DNA of 64,000 nt, from the sequence record NC_105512.1; one strand, given 5' to 3'. The position numbers were made by a program, and so were the translations under genes. Under the pieces are notes generated by a model that had not been told where the DNA came from, did no database searches, and saw only the letters and a program-made list of their open reading frames with translations. Each line of letters starts with the position of its first letter. Position 1 is the stretch's first letter. Of the stretch, positions 15,947-25,271 are shown piece by piece. The stretch is from Escherichia phage JLBYU43.

Positions 15947-18277
15947 TTAAATAGTACAACCACCGGATGCACAACCGGCTGCTTCTTCTCCAGCACCTCC
16001 ACCATTTGCGGTATTGAAGTTTGCATAGTAGAAAGTTTTCCACCCATACTTAACAGCAGTCATGAAATCACGAACTACTACTGGGCCAGGAATGATTTCA
16101 TTCTCAAACTTGGTGTAGTCATAGTACATATTCGTACTGATAGACTGACTGAAGAATTTCTGCATAGTTGCTACCCATTTGATCCACTCGATACGATCTA
16201 CATCATAAGCCAGTTTATAGCTCATTAACGTTTCCCAATCAGTTGCACCTGGAGCAATTGCAATTACTTTATTAACTGCACTACCCTTGATAGATACAAT
16301 CTTACGAGGTGGTTCGATAGAGTTAGTAACACCTAACAGAACAGAAGAACTTTCTCCCGGCATCTGAGCAGTCAGAACAGAGTTACGCATACCATATTTC
16401 AGAATATCTGCACGCAGAGACTCCCAATCCATTTCTAGACCTACAGATACCAGTTCATCAACAGTTTTCTTGTACGTGTCGATTACCAGAATTCCTTTAG
16501 ACGGTTTAGTACGATCAAACCACTCACATGCACCCTGTTCTTTAGCTAGGCGTACAGAGGCTTTATGCAGGAAGTAAGACAGTTTTTCAGCCTCACGGTG
16601 GATCCAGTTACGGGCTTCAATACCTTCATAAGCCAGACCTTCTGCTGCCATTGCACCTGCTGCGTTCATTAGGCCAATACCAACATTACGACGTTTCTTA
16701 GCCGTATATTCCATAGTTGGGAACGGATAATCCTGAATTTCAATAATTGTATCAACGAATTTCAGGAGGATGTAGCAAGTTTTTTCCCACTCAGCCAGAG
16801 ATTCCATGCGTCCAAGTACAACACCACCTAAGTTACACAGAGATACTTCACCAATATCCTCCGGCTTCATTTGATCAAGCTGCTCTTTTGTCTTATACAG
16901 TTCTGTGATATGATGGAACGGGCGTGTAGGCTGAGTAATTTCAACACAAAGGTTTGTCATACGGATCGGATCAAGGAAGTTACCATGACGATTAGATTCC
17001 CCGATGTGATGAGCATACATACGTCCTGTTTCCATTCGGATACGTAGCCAAGTATCTAGGATTTCTTTTGCGGAAACTTTAGGAGCTGCTGGAACTGTTT
17101 TTCCTTCATGATCGATCTTTGTAAGAGATGCCACACGTTTCTCCGCTGCCACGTAGATTTCTTCAAATTTAGCCTCGTCATCACTATAAAACGCTTCATG
17201 AACTTCTGGAGCATAGAAGTATGACATTAGCGTAATATCTTCGTTTTTAAGATAACGTTTTAACAAAAGATTGTTAAAGCTCAGAGAATAATCCATCTTA
17301 TCGATTTTATTCTCATCTGTAGCACGTTGTTGCTTAACCTGCATCAATTGAATGATTTCAGGGTCGAAGTATGGATAAGACACTGTGGCAGAACCACCAC
17401 GAGTTTGCTGAGTATTGGCCTTTACTGAGCGGTCAATGTGTCGATAATATGGCAGTTTTCCGGAATGCGGGAATGCCCCATTTCGCACCGGATCAGCAAT
17501 TGATCGGCTTTCAAGATGATACCCGATTCCCGCTCTGGCTGCGACCATTTTGAAGACGATGTGCTCGGCGGTGTCGATTGAATCCAACGTGTCAGTGGAA
17601 TCCACGAGGCAGCAACTAGCAAATCCACGGTCACTAGAGCGCAGACCAACCAGTGGCGGCGTAGGAACGTTGATTTTGTGGAGTGACATTGCGTTGTAGA
17701 GGTCGATTGCATCTAGAATTGTCCAGTTAGGTTGAGATAGCATCGCCATTGCCATACCCATGTAGGCAAACTGCGGAGTTTCGTAAATTTCACCAGTGGC
17801 TATGTTGCGACGGGAATACTTATCAAAGAACTGCTTCAGTCCACCACTAGTAAAAAGACGATCACGATCATGGTCGATAACCTGATTCAGAGCTTCAAAT
17901 TGCTCATCGGTAATCCATGCACTCATGTCTTCCCATGCACCTACGCTAACCATATGGTCATGGAAGAAGCGTAGAGAAGGTGGTTCGAAAGAGTCATAGA
18001 GGCGCTTACGCATTTGCGCAAGACGTAATTCCTTTGCTGGCACATCGTATGCTGGGTTATCTTTAATAAGACTTTCAGCAGCTTTAATTAATGCATCCAT
18101 CAGAGTGTCGGAATCTACAACCCCTTTAGGCAGAGTTTTTTGAGCAGCCATAGTAATGGCTGACCAACTTACATCAACTGTTTTGCAACCATACTCTGCC
18201 CAACCATTGATTTTTTCAGGAGCAAAGTCTTCTACAGTACCGTCACGTTTAATTACTTTTTCAATGCGATGGCTCAT
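15947..18277 (-). CDS. nrdA: ribonucleotide reductase class Ia alpha subunit
   Basis: NrdA-like throughout, with active-site region NLCVEI and C-terminal CxxC tail. Start set at MSHRIEKVIKRDGT with AAAGGAAAG RBS; the 35-codon ORF-track extension is judged spurious. Confidence 0.9.
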   Translation of the reverse strand: MSHRIEKVIKRDGTVEDFAPEKINGWAEYGCKTVDVSWSAITMAAQKTLPKGVVDSDTLMDALIKAAESLIKDNPAYDVPAKELRLAQMRKRLYDSFEPPSLRFFHDHMVSVGAWEDMSAWITDEQFEALNQVIDHDRDRLFTSGGLKQFFDKYSRRNIATGEIYETPQFAYMGMAMAMLSQPNWTILDAIDLYNAMSLHKINVPTPPLVGLRSSDRGFASCCLVDSTDTLDSIDTAEHIVFKMVAARAGIGYHLESRSIADPVRNGAFPHSGKLPYYRHIDRSVKANTQQTRGGSATVSYPYFDPEIIQLMQVKQQRATDENKIDKMDYSLSFNNLLLKRYLKNEDITLMSYFYAPEVHEAFYSDDEAKFEEIYVAAEKRVASLTKIDHEGKTVPAAPKVSAKEILDTWLRIRMETGRMYAHHIGESNRHGNFLDPIRMTNLCVEITQPTRPFHHITELYKTKEQLDQMKPEDIGEVSLCNLGGVVLGRMESLAEWEKTCYILLKFVDTIIEIQDYPFPTMEYTAKKRRNVGIGLMNAAGAMAAEGLAYEGIEARNWIHREAEKLSYFLHKASVRLAKEQGACEWFDRTKPSKGILVIDTYKKTVDELVSVGLEMDWESLRADILKYGMRNSVLTAQMPGESSSVLLGVTNSIEPPRKIVSIKGSAVNKVIAIAPGATDWETLMSYKLAYDVDRIEWIKWVATMQKFFSQSISTNMYYDYTKFENEIIPGPVVVRDFMTAVKYGWKTFYYANFNTANGGGAGEEAAGCASGGCTI

Positions 18278-18315
18278 TTGGCTTTCCTTTTTATAGTTAT
18301 CAGGATTTAAGGAAT

Positions 18316-18344
18316 ATTCTACTTTATTATCGGTCATTAGGCAA
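18316..18344 (-). promoter_or_regulatory. possible sigma70-type promoter (TTGCCT-17-TAGAAT)
   Basis: Reverse complement: TTGCCT, 17 nt, TAGAAT, upstream of the nrdA RBS. Confidence 0.4.
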
Positions 18345-18419
18345 ATAAAATTTTCTGATAGAAAAGGCCCGAGTATTTTCATACCCAGGCCCTGTGTATT
18401 ACCAGTCTAGCTTTTTAGC

Positions 18420-18641
18420 TTATTCAATTACTTTAGCTCTAGCTACTTCTTTTAATAGAATATCTATGGAGGTGCTCAGCTCGTTATAATTGAATGGTTT
18501 ATTTGGATTTGAGGTTACAATTTTCCACGCTAGGGTTGTCTTAGGACTTTCTTCCCCTTCCTTACGTGTAATAATATTAGCAGCACTCAGTGAAGTACGA
18601 TGTATTTTAGTTTTACGGCTCAGATGAACGACGTTTCCCAT
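18420..18641 (-). CDS. hypothetical small protein (73 aa)
   Basis: Start moved to the ATG (MGNVVHLSRK...) one nt after the phoH stop. Confidence 0.4.
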   Translation of the reverse strand: MGNVVHLSRKTKIHRTSLSAANIITRKEGEESPKTTLAWKIVTSNPNKPFNYNELSTSIDILLKEVARAKVIE

Positions 18642-18642
18642 A

Positions 18643-19404
18643 TTACACCTTCCCCATGTCTTTAAAAATACCATAGAATGCTTTAGACTCAACAGAACGA
18701 ACGTTATCAATCAATTCGATCATTGAGAATGGGGCATTTTCATATTTCTCATAGACTTCCATAAGGAGTGCTAGACCTGAGTCACCTTTAATGTCTTTCT
18801 GAGCTATATCTCCGCAGATAATTAAACGGCAGTCTTGTCCTACACGAGTTAGGAGACAAATCATTGCCTCAACGGAAATATTCTGAGCTTCATCGACAAT
18901 TACATAGGAGTTGTTGAAAGTTCTGCCACGAGCATGTTCGATAGCCAAAAATTTAATTTTCTGACGTTCGACATATCCCTTATATGCATGATCTCCGATG
19001 GCCCATTTCATACCATCAGCTATTGGCTCCAACCAAGGCTCTAGCTTTTCCGCTAGATCACCAGGAAGCATACCAAGAGACTTACCTAGAGGTTCATTAG
19101 GACGTACGAGGATCACTTGCTCAATATCTGAGTGAATGTCTACGAGTTCCTGAGCTGCAAGAACGGACGGAATAAAGGTTTTACCAGTACCTGGCTCACC
19201 GATACCCACAGTCACTGTGTTGTTCTTGATCATATTGATATATGATTTTTGCTCGCGGTTTTTACCTACTAGGGATTTAGCAACTGGGTTAGCGTAATCA
19301 TTAGAAAAATCAGCCTGAATTACGTTATTCTCATATTTGTTGCCACGCTTTCTTGAACCATTGCGGTTCTCTCTTTTTTGACGTGCTTTTCCCATAAATA
19401 ACAC
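18643..19404 (-). CDS. phoH: PhoH-like ATPase
   Basis: Walker A GEPGTGKT and Walker B VIVDEAQN in a PhoH-like arrangement. Confidence 0.85.
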   Translation of the reverse strand: MLFMGKARQKRENRNGSRKRGNKYENNVIQADFSNDYANPVAKSLVGKNREQKSYINMIKNNTVTVGIGEPGTGKTFIPSVLAAQELVDIHSDIEQVILVRPNEPLGKSLGMLPGDLAEKLEPWLEPIADGMKWAIGDHAYKGYVERQKIKFLAIEHARGRTFNNSYVIVDEAQNISVEAMICLLTRVGQDCRLIICGDIAQKDIKGDSGLALLMEVYEKYENAPFSMIELIDNVRSVESKAFYGIFKDMGKV

Positions 19405-19471
19405 TCCTATAGTGTACTTCGCTTCTAACAGAGGATCAACAAAAAGATCTTGTTTATCAACTTACAAATAT

Positions 19472-19500
19472 ATTATACCAATATATGTGGGAGAAAGCAA
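19472..19500 (-). promoter_or_regulatory. sigma70-type promoter (TTGCTT-17-TATAAT)
   Basis: Reverse complement: TTGCTT, TCTCCCACATATATTGG, TATAAT; precedes phoH. Confidence 0.6.
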
Positions 19501-19637
19501 CTACAATTTTAAATAAGCATATGATATTGCATTTAAATAAAAAATTTGCTTGCTTATAGAGGCAGAAATATGATACTAGATAATCATTTATTTATACGCA
19601 AAATATTACAGTATTAGATGACGAAAGAAAATTTTAA

Positions 19638-19666
19638 TTGACATAGTGGATAATGTTTAGTATAAT
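19638..19666 (+). promoter_or_regulatory. consensus sigma70 promoter (TTGACA-17-TATAAT)
   Basis: TTGACA at 19638-19643, 17-nt spacer, TATAAT at 19661-19666; first plus-strand promoter, divergent from the phoH promoter. Confidence 0.65.
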
Positions 19667-19693
19667 AGGTGTAAAAATTCTGTGGAGAAGGGG

Positions 19694-20558
19694 AATGCCG
19701 AAAAAATTAACTCAAGAAGAAGTAGATAAATGCCTAGCCGAACGTGGTTTTACTATGGTGGATAAGCCTTACCAAAATTCTAGGTATAGGCATACGTATC
19801 AGTGTGAATATGGTCATCAATGGACATCTAAATTTGATGCTATTAGGAATGGAAAGACCAATTGTCCTACTTGTTCTATTAATAGCCGTAAACTAGATAT
19901 CGATAAAATTAATACTGTATTACAGGGTAGGGGTATTACATTGTTGGAGGGCTATAAAAATAGTGCCGATATAAATACTAAATTTAGGTGTGTTTGTGGT
20001 CATGAGTGGGCTACTACACTTAATAGTATAATTAATAGAGGTAGTGGCTGCCCCTCTTGTGCTATTAATAAACAAAAACTTAGTATTAATACTATAAACG
20101 ATCGTCTTACTGCTAGGAATATTAGAATAGTAGGTGAATATAGTAATGCGAATATTAAGACCACCTTTCTCTGTGGTGCAGGGCATCAGTGGGAAGCTAC
20201 TCCAGGATCCGTGTTAGGAGGAAATGGTTGTCCTTACTGTAAGTATAGGGATTTAGAAAATACTAAGGTATATATTATGCATAGCCCTTCACATGGTGTT
20301 AAAATAGGAAGGTCTAACAATCCAGAGCGCAGACTTTTACATATTAAATCTAGTAGTCACCTTACTGATCTGGAAGTAATTAAAGTATTTGAAATTGGAG
20401 AATATAGTGATGCTGTTCAAATCGAAAAATTAGCTCATAATTACTTTAAAGAACAGAATTGCCAATACAAAGATTTTGATGGTGCTACGGAATTCTTCAA
20501 TATTGAGCCAGAAGTAGCTATAAAATTTATCGAGGAAATAATCAATGACAGAAAATGA
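19694..20558 (+). CDS. T5orf172-domain (GIY-YIG-like) protein with three N-terminal zinc-ribbon repeats
   Basis: Three tandem repeats each ending C..GH.W...(G)CP.C(S/A/K), then KIGRSNNPERRL...GATEFF. Start set at the ATG at 19694 after GGAGAAGGGG RBS. Confidence 0.7.
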
Positions 20559-22371
20559 ACTAATTGAAAATTGCAAAGGTTTACTTACTCTAACTGCTGA
20601 CAAAGACTTGCAGCATAATAATGCTAATAAACCTAGCGAGATGTTTCATACACAGAGGGACTTACTAGCTGGAGAAATCAACAAGTATTTAGTAGCACAA
20701 GAATTACCTAAACATTTATTAGACGCCCATAATCTAGGTAAAATACACATCCATGATATGGATTATAGAGCACAGGGGTACACTAACTGTTGTTTAGTAG
20801 ACCTAGGTGGTATGTTGAAAAATGGTACTAAAATTGGTAATGCGAATATTGAAACTCCTAAATCTATAACTACTGCATGTGCGATTACTGCTCAGATTAT
20901 TGCTCAGGTATCAGGCGCTCAGTATGGGGGTACTTCTATTGATCGTATTGATGAAGTTCTAGCTCCGTATGTTAGGAAGTCCTACAATAAACATCTGGGG
21001 CGTGGCCTACGTTGGCTTAAGGATGAGAGAAAAGCTGCTGTATATGCTACTGAACTTACTGAAAAAGAATGTTATGATGCATTCCAAGCTCTAGAGTATG
21101 AAACTAATTCATTATTTAACTCTAATGGGCAGACTCCTTTTATTACGCTGGGCTTTGGATTAGGGCAGGAGTGGGAGGAAAGGATGATTCAGAAAGCCAT
21201 CCTCCAAAATCGTATTAAAGGTTTAGGTGCTGCTGAGTCAACTCCTATCTTCCCTAAACTAGTATTCTCAGTTAAAGAAGGGTTAAATAAAAATCCAGGT
21301 GATCCTAACTATGATATAAAACAACTAGCACTTGAGTGTTCTGCTACTCGTATGTACCCAGACTATTTAAGTTACGAGAAAGTTGTAGCTGTTACTGGTG
21401 ATTTTAAAGCCCCTATGGGTTGTCGTAGTTTTTTATCTGCCATCCCCTCTGGAGAAATTGCAGGACGTAATAATTTAGGTGTTGTGTCTATCAATCTACC
21501 TATGGTTGCTGCTGAGGCAGATGGAGTTTTTGAAGATTTCTGGGATATTCTAGACAAATATGTGGATGAGGCTTTTGAAGCACATGACTTCTTCTTAAAC
21601 AGACTGAAGAAAGTTAAGGCTAAACAAGCCCCTATTCTTTATATGCACGGTGGTTTTGGTGTACGTTTAGAAGGAGAAGAATATGTATGGCCTATTTTTG
21701 AGGGTAGATCTTCTGTATCTCTTGGGTATATTGGGGTCTATGAGATGTGCCAAATAATGTTTAGTTTACCACAGACTCATAGGGACTGTATTGAATTTAC
21801 AGAGGAAGTTCTCACTCACCTAAAAAATCGTTGCGAAGTTAAAGCTACTGAAACTAATCTTGGGTTTAGCTTGTATGCTACTCCTAGTGAGTCTCTGTGT
21901 AATCGCTTTAATAAACTACTGGAGCGTAGATTCCCAGAGTATTCTTGGTTAGCAGATAAAGGTTATCTTACTAATAGCCATCATTTGGACGTGAGGGAGA
22001 AGGTAGCTCCAGATACTAAATTTGAGTATGAGGCTCATTTTACTAAAATAGCTAATGGTGGTAATATATCATTTGTGGAACTACCTCAAATGAAAAAGTT
22101 CCACAAAGCTCTTGAGTATGTGGTGGATAAGGGGCTAGAATGTAGTCATTATATTGGTGTTAATATACCAATTGATGAGTGCTTCAATTGTGGGTATATG
22201 GGTGAATCTATTGCTTCTGAGCGTGGGTTTGTATGTCCAAGTTGTGGGTCTGAAGAAATAGAGGTTACACGTAGGGTTTGCGGGTACCTGGGATCCCCTG
22301 GCAGTAGGCCTTTCAATTCTGGGAAACAAAAAGAAGTTCTTGGTAGAGTAAAACACTTAAATTTCAAGTAA
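20545..22371 (+). CDS. nrdD: anaerobic ribonucleoside-triphosphate reductase (class III)
   Basis: C-terminal zinc ribbon CFNCGYMG...CPSCGS followed by glycyl-radical motif RRVCGYLG. Confidence 0.85.
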   Translation: MTENELIENCKGLLTLTADKDLQHNNANKPSEMFHTQRDLLAGEINKYLVAQELPKHLLDAHNLGKIHIHDMDYRAQGYTNCCLVDLGGMLKNGTKIGNANIETPKSITTACAITAQIIAQVSGAQYGGTSIDRIDEVLAPYVRKSYNKHLGRGLRWLKDERKAAVYATELTEKECYDAFQALEYETNSLFNSNGQTPFITLGFGLGQEWEERMIQKAILQNRIKGLGAAESTPIFPKLVFSVKEGLNKNPGDPNYDIKQLALECSATRMYPDYLSYEKVVAVTGDFKAPMGCRSFLSAIPSGEIAGRNNLGVVSINLPMVAAEADGVFEDFWDILDKYVDEAFEAHDFFLNRLKKVKAKQAPILYMHGGFGVRLEGEEYVWPIFEGRSSVSLGYIGVYEMCQIMFSLPQTHRDCIEFTEEVLTHLKNRCEVKATETNLGFSLYATPSESLCNRFNKLLERRFPEYSWLADKGYLTNSHHLDVREKVAPDTKFEYEAHFTKIANGGNISFVELPQMKKFHKALEYVVDKGLECSHYIGVNIPIDECFNCGYMGESIASERGFVCPSCGSEEIEVTRRVCGYLGSPGSRPFNSGKQKEVLGRVKHLNFK

Positions 22372-22378
22372 GCTAATC

Positions 22379-22410
22379 AGCCAGGTTGCTAGTCGACCTG
22401 GCTTTTATTT
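22379..22410 (+). terminator. intrinsic terminator
   Basis: AGCCAGGT/ACCTGGCT 8-bp stem with 9-nt loop followed by TTTTATTTT, directly 3' of nrdD. Confidence 0.7.
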
Positions 22411-22413
22411 TAT

Positions 22414-22442
22414 TTGCTTTCAGCTAAAAATTTATGTATAAT
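22414..22442 (+). promoter_or_regulatory. sigma70-type promoter (TTGCTT-17-TATAAT)
   Basis: TTGCTT, TCAGCTAAAAATTTATG, TATAAT, then leader AGATTTATAAATTTAAGAGGAGGG. Confidence 0.65.
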
Positions 22443-22469
22443 AGATTTATAAATTTAAGAGGAGGGTAT

Positions 22470-22829
22470 ATGAAATTAAAACCATTTATTGTTGTATCTA
22501 AACTAGGGCATTATCACGTAGGAGTAGATACAATTCAGGAAGCTATTTTTGCTGCTACAGGTGATTACTCATTACTAGAAGGTATTGGGTATCCTACACT
22601 ACTAGGCGACTTCGTAGAGCAAGAACTAGATATTACTGTCTATAATCCTATATATGAAGAACCTGAATACTTAAAAGAGACTCTAGAATTTGTATATTGG
22701 AACCACTTACAAGTATTTAATGTTACCTCTAATGGCACAGAGGATTTCTCTTCTGTTATTAAATGCCATATTAAACAAGTTTACTACGATTATTTCTACG
22801 AGGATATTGGAGCGGAGCTAAAAGTATGA
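22470..22829 (+). CDS. hypothetical protein (119 aa)
   Basis: Start set at the ATG after GAGGAGGG RBS (MKLKPFIVV...); the ORF-track start lies inside the promoter. Confidence 0.55.
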   Translation: MKLKPFIVVSKLGHYHVGVDTIQEAIFAATGDYSLLEGIGYPTLLGDFVEQELDITVYNPIYEEPEYLKETLEFVYWNHLQVFNVTSNGTEDFSSVIKCHIKQVYYDYFYEDIGAELKV

Positions 22830-23029
22830 AAAACGTAAAACATCTTAAATATCGCTTAATTTACAACGGACGTATGGAAACAGAAGATCTAGCACAGCTA
22901 GCGATCAATTCAGATGAAGTTACAGTTCGTGCTTTGTCCATTGAGAAGCTGCGTGCTTCTTACGAAAATCGTATTATGGAATTAGAGGAGAAACTTTATG
23001 GCATTCTCGAGTCAGAAGCTACCAAGTGA
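22826..23029 (+). CDS. hypothetical protein (67 aa)
   Basis: ORF-track ORF, ATGA overlap with the upstream gene. Confidence 0.45.
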   Translation: MKNVKHLKYRLIYNGRMETEDLAQLAINSDEVTVRALSIEKLRASYENRIMELEEKLYGILESEATK

Positions 23030-23243
23030 AAATGTTAGTCTTATTGACCTGAGTAAACTCAATGTAGAGTTTCAGGGGGTTTTAATGAAGCACTGGGAAA
23101 CTGGCTATAAGGATGGTGTTGAATCCTGTGCTACTATGCTAGAATTTATTGCTAATACCTTAGTGGAGAAAGGCAATAAAGAATTAGCTGAGCTGTTAGA
23201 CAGTATTGGGCAAAACTTCAGAGAGCAGGTGAAAAATGCGTAG
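22998..23243 (+). CDS. hypothetical protein (81 aa)
   Basis: ORF-track ORF with GGAG RBS; overlaps both neighbours. Confidence 0.45.
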   Translation: MAFSSQKLPSENVSLIDLSKLNVEFQGVLMKHWETGYKDGVESCATMLEFIANTLVEKGNKELAELLDSIGQNFREQVKNA

Positions 23244-24012
23244 ACTAATCATTGTTAGTGGTGCTGGTTTAAGTGTTGATAGTGGTATCCGTGCATTCCG
23301 TACAGATACTGCTAGTGGTAAAGCAATGTGGGACGAGTACGATCTAGAAGAGGTGTGTGATATTCATGCTTTTCGTGGCCAGTTCTACTGGAAAACCCAC
23401 GAGTTCTACAACAAGCGTCGTCAGGAGTTGCGGACTGTTGAACCTAACATTGCGCACCTTCGTATTGGGGAATGGTTCCAGCGGTATCCAGAAGCGGTAC
23501 TAAACATTACTACTAACGTAGATGACTTGCTGGAAAGAGCTGGTGTGCCGAAAAGTGAGGTTCTCCACGTTCATGGCTATTTACCGGAAGTTCGTATTAA
23601 GGAATTGCCAGACCGAAAAGAGTACATCCTAGATGTGGGCTATACTGCTATTGATCCTGATGAATTTTATTGGGCAAAGCCTAACGTTGTATTCTTTGGT
23701 GAAGCAGCCCCCGAATATGCTCTGATGCATGCCACTTTTGATAGTCTTACAGCTAACGATATGGTTATCGTGGTTGGGTGTAGTAACCAAGTTATCAACT
23801 TCAACTGGGAACTTTTTCCTGCACTAGCTCGTGGTACTAAGATGATGGTTGTTAACCCAACTATTAACTACTTGGAACAATCCCTGTACGAAGAGCGTGG
23901 TGTTACTGTATGGCGTGCTGGGGCTGCCGAAGTTTTCGGTAACAAACACTTTATTGGCCAGGTAGAAGCTTTTATGGAAGGAACTATTTATGCCCCAGAA
24001 AAGCATGTGTGA
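23236..24012 (+). CDS. Sir2-family (sirtuin-like) NAD-binding protein
   Basis: N-terminal GAGLSVDSGIRAFR matches the sirtuin NAD-binding signature GAG(I/L)S..SGIP.FR; 258 aa is compatible with a single Sir2 domain. Confidence 0.6.
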   Translation: MRRLIIVSGAGLSVDSGIRAFRTDTASGKAMWDEYDLEEVCDIHAFRGQFYWKTHEFYNKRRQELRTVEPNIAHLRIGEWFQRYPEAVLNITTNVDDLLERAGVPKSEVLHVHGYLPEVRIKELPDRKEYILDVGYTAIDPDEFYWAKPNVVFFGEAAPEYALMHATFDSLTANDMVIVVGCSNQVINFNWELFPALARGTKMMVVNPTINYLEQSLYEERGVTVWRAGAAEVFGNKHFIGQVEAFMEGTIYAPEKHV

Positions 24013-24152
24013 TCTTTTAGTATGGCCGGACGGTAGTTGGTGCTACCGTTTCGAATTTGCTACCGATGACTTCTCATGGAAAAGTGATGATTTCTGCGTT
24101 ATCTAAGAGGATACAGCAGAATGGAAAGAGTTCCTTATTAAGGAGGGAGAGT

Positions 24153-24338
24153 ATGGTGAAGAAGATTTTTAAGGGTATCTGGAAGGGTCTATTATGGTTT
24201 GTCAACCTAATCGGTATGATTACCATTTATTCTCTGTTCCTATCTGTTATGTGGGGTAAAGGTGAACTGAAGGTTCCAGTTCCTTTTACTGATGAAGTTA
24301 AAGTCTGGACGTGGGATGCTACTGGTGGAAATAAGTAA
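24153..24338 (+). CDS. small membrane protein (61 aa)
   Basis: Start set at the ATG after AAGGAGGGAGAG RBS; hydrophobic segment GLLWFVNLIGMITIYSLFLSVMW. Confidence 0.45.
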   Translation: MVKKIFKGIWKGLLWFVNLIGMITIYSLFLSVMWGKGELKVPVPFTDEVKVWTWDATGGNK

Positions 24339-24528
24339 TACTCCTGTGATTTTCCTGGATATTGATGGGGTGCTCAATTCGAGCATCTCTCACCATCATG
24401 CTCGAGATAATGAAAAGCTGTTCTTTGGCAGTGATTGGGTTTATAAGCCATTACTCCAGGCTTTTCAGAACTTCCTCAAACCTTCTCCAATAATGATTGT
24501 TGGGGTATCTTCATGGTTTTCTGTATGA
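24316..24528 (+). CDS. HAD-like phosphatase, N-terminal part (ends at in-frame TGA)
   Basis: Contains FLDIDGVLN, resembling HAD motif I (DxDG); ORF ends at TGA 24526-24528, in the same frame as the next ORF. Confidence 0.4.
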   Translation: MLLVEISNTPVIFLDIDGVLNSSISHHHARDNEKLFFGSDWVYKPLLQAFQNFLKPSPIMIVGVSSWFSV

Positions 24529-24534
24529 AATGAA

Positions 24535-24831
24535 ATGGAGAACGTTCAGATTATGACCGGACTCGGTTTGATCGATCGTTTTCTTGGTACAACAGATTTT
24601 ACTGGAGGTGGTTTATCTAGGGGTAATTCTGTTTTACGTTTTGTCGAAAAATATAAGCTCAAACATTGGTGTGTGCTGGATGATGCCGGTGCTATGATGT
24701 ATCAGTATCCAACGGTTATAGTCAATGGTAGAACTGGGATAAATCTTCAAGATTTAAGAGCTGTTAGCTATATGTTAGAATTTAGTCCAGATCTTGAAAT
24801 GTGTAAAGCCCTACAGCAATTTAAGGTGTAA
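24535..24831 (+). CDS. HAD-like phosphatase, C-terminal part
   Basis: Begins 6 nt after the TGA in the same frame; KYKLKHWCVLDDAG resembles HAD motifs III/IV. Confidence 0.4.
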   Translation: MENVQIMTGLGLIDRFLGTTDFTGGGLSRGNSVLRFVEKYKLKHWCVLDDAGAMMYQYPTVIVNGRTGINLQDLRAVSYMLEFSPDLEMCKALQQFKV

Positions 24832-24833
24832 AT

Positions 24834-25262
24834 ATGTTTAATAATGTATTCTCTAAAGAAGCTAACCCAATTTTGGTTAACTTTTGGCGTACTCTCCCAG
24901 CTAGCCTGTATAATGAGGCTATTAACTCTTTGAAAATATGGTGTGAGAATAACGAAATCTCCTTTGCTTTTAAAGATGATATTGATGAGGCCCCTTGTAT
25001 TGGTTTAATTGTTCAGGTAGAGGAGGGTCTTGAAGAGATTGTCGGCTGGAAAGAGTTAGATGAAATGGGCTTAGTTTTTGCATTAAATTATAAGCTGTTT
25101 ATGCCTGCTAAGCATCGCCTCGTTGTTAACTATAAAACTAGTGAGTCTCCTGGTTTTCAGGTTAATGAACGTGAGGGCTGGTCATATTCGCCCGAGGAAG
25201 TAAATGAAGGGATTCAGAAACTTCGTCGTTTCGGGTATATGATCCCAGGTTTAACTGCTTAA
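24834..25262 (+). CDS. hypothetical protein, paralog A (142 aa)
   Basis: ORF-track ORF; C-terminal 80 aa align with CDS 25272-25667 (W.EL..MGL..A.N...F.P......ESP..QV......Y.......G...R.G...PGL). Confidence 0.55.
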   Translation: MFNNVFSKEANPILVNFWRTLPASLYNEAINSLKIWCENNEISFAFKDDIDEAPCIGLIVQVEEGLEEIVGWKELDEMGLVFALNYKLFMPAKHRLVVNYKTSESPGFQVNEREGWSYSPEEVNEGIQKLRRFGYMIPGLTA

Positions 25263-25271
25263 GGAGGCAGA

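Noticed and set aside
17371-17712. Antisense and overlapping ORFs inside nrdA (17371-17553 +, 17422-17712 -)
   Set aside because: Embedded in a well-supported, conserved NrdA frame; no start signals.
18278-18382. N-terminal 35-codon extension of the nrdA ORF in the ORF track
   Set aside because: The extension covers the promoter and RBS region; the NrdA-like sequence begins at MSHRIEKVIKRDGT.
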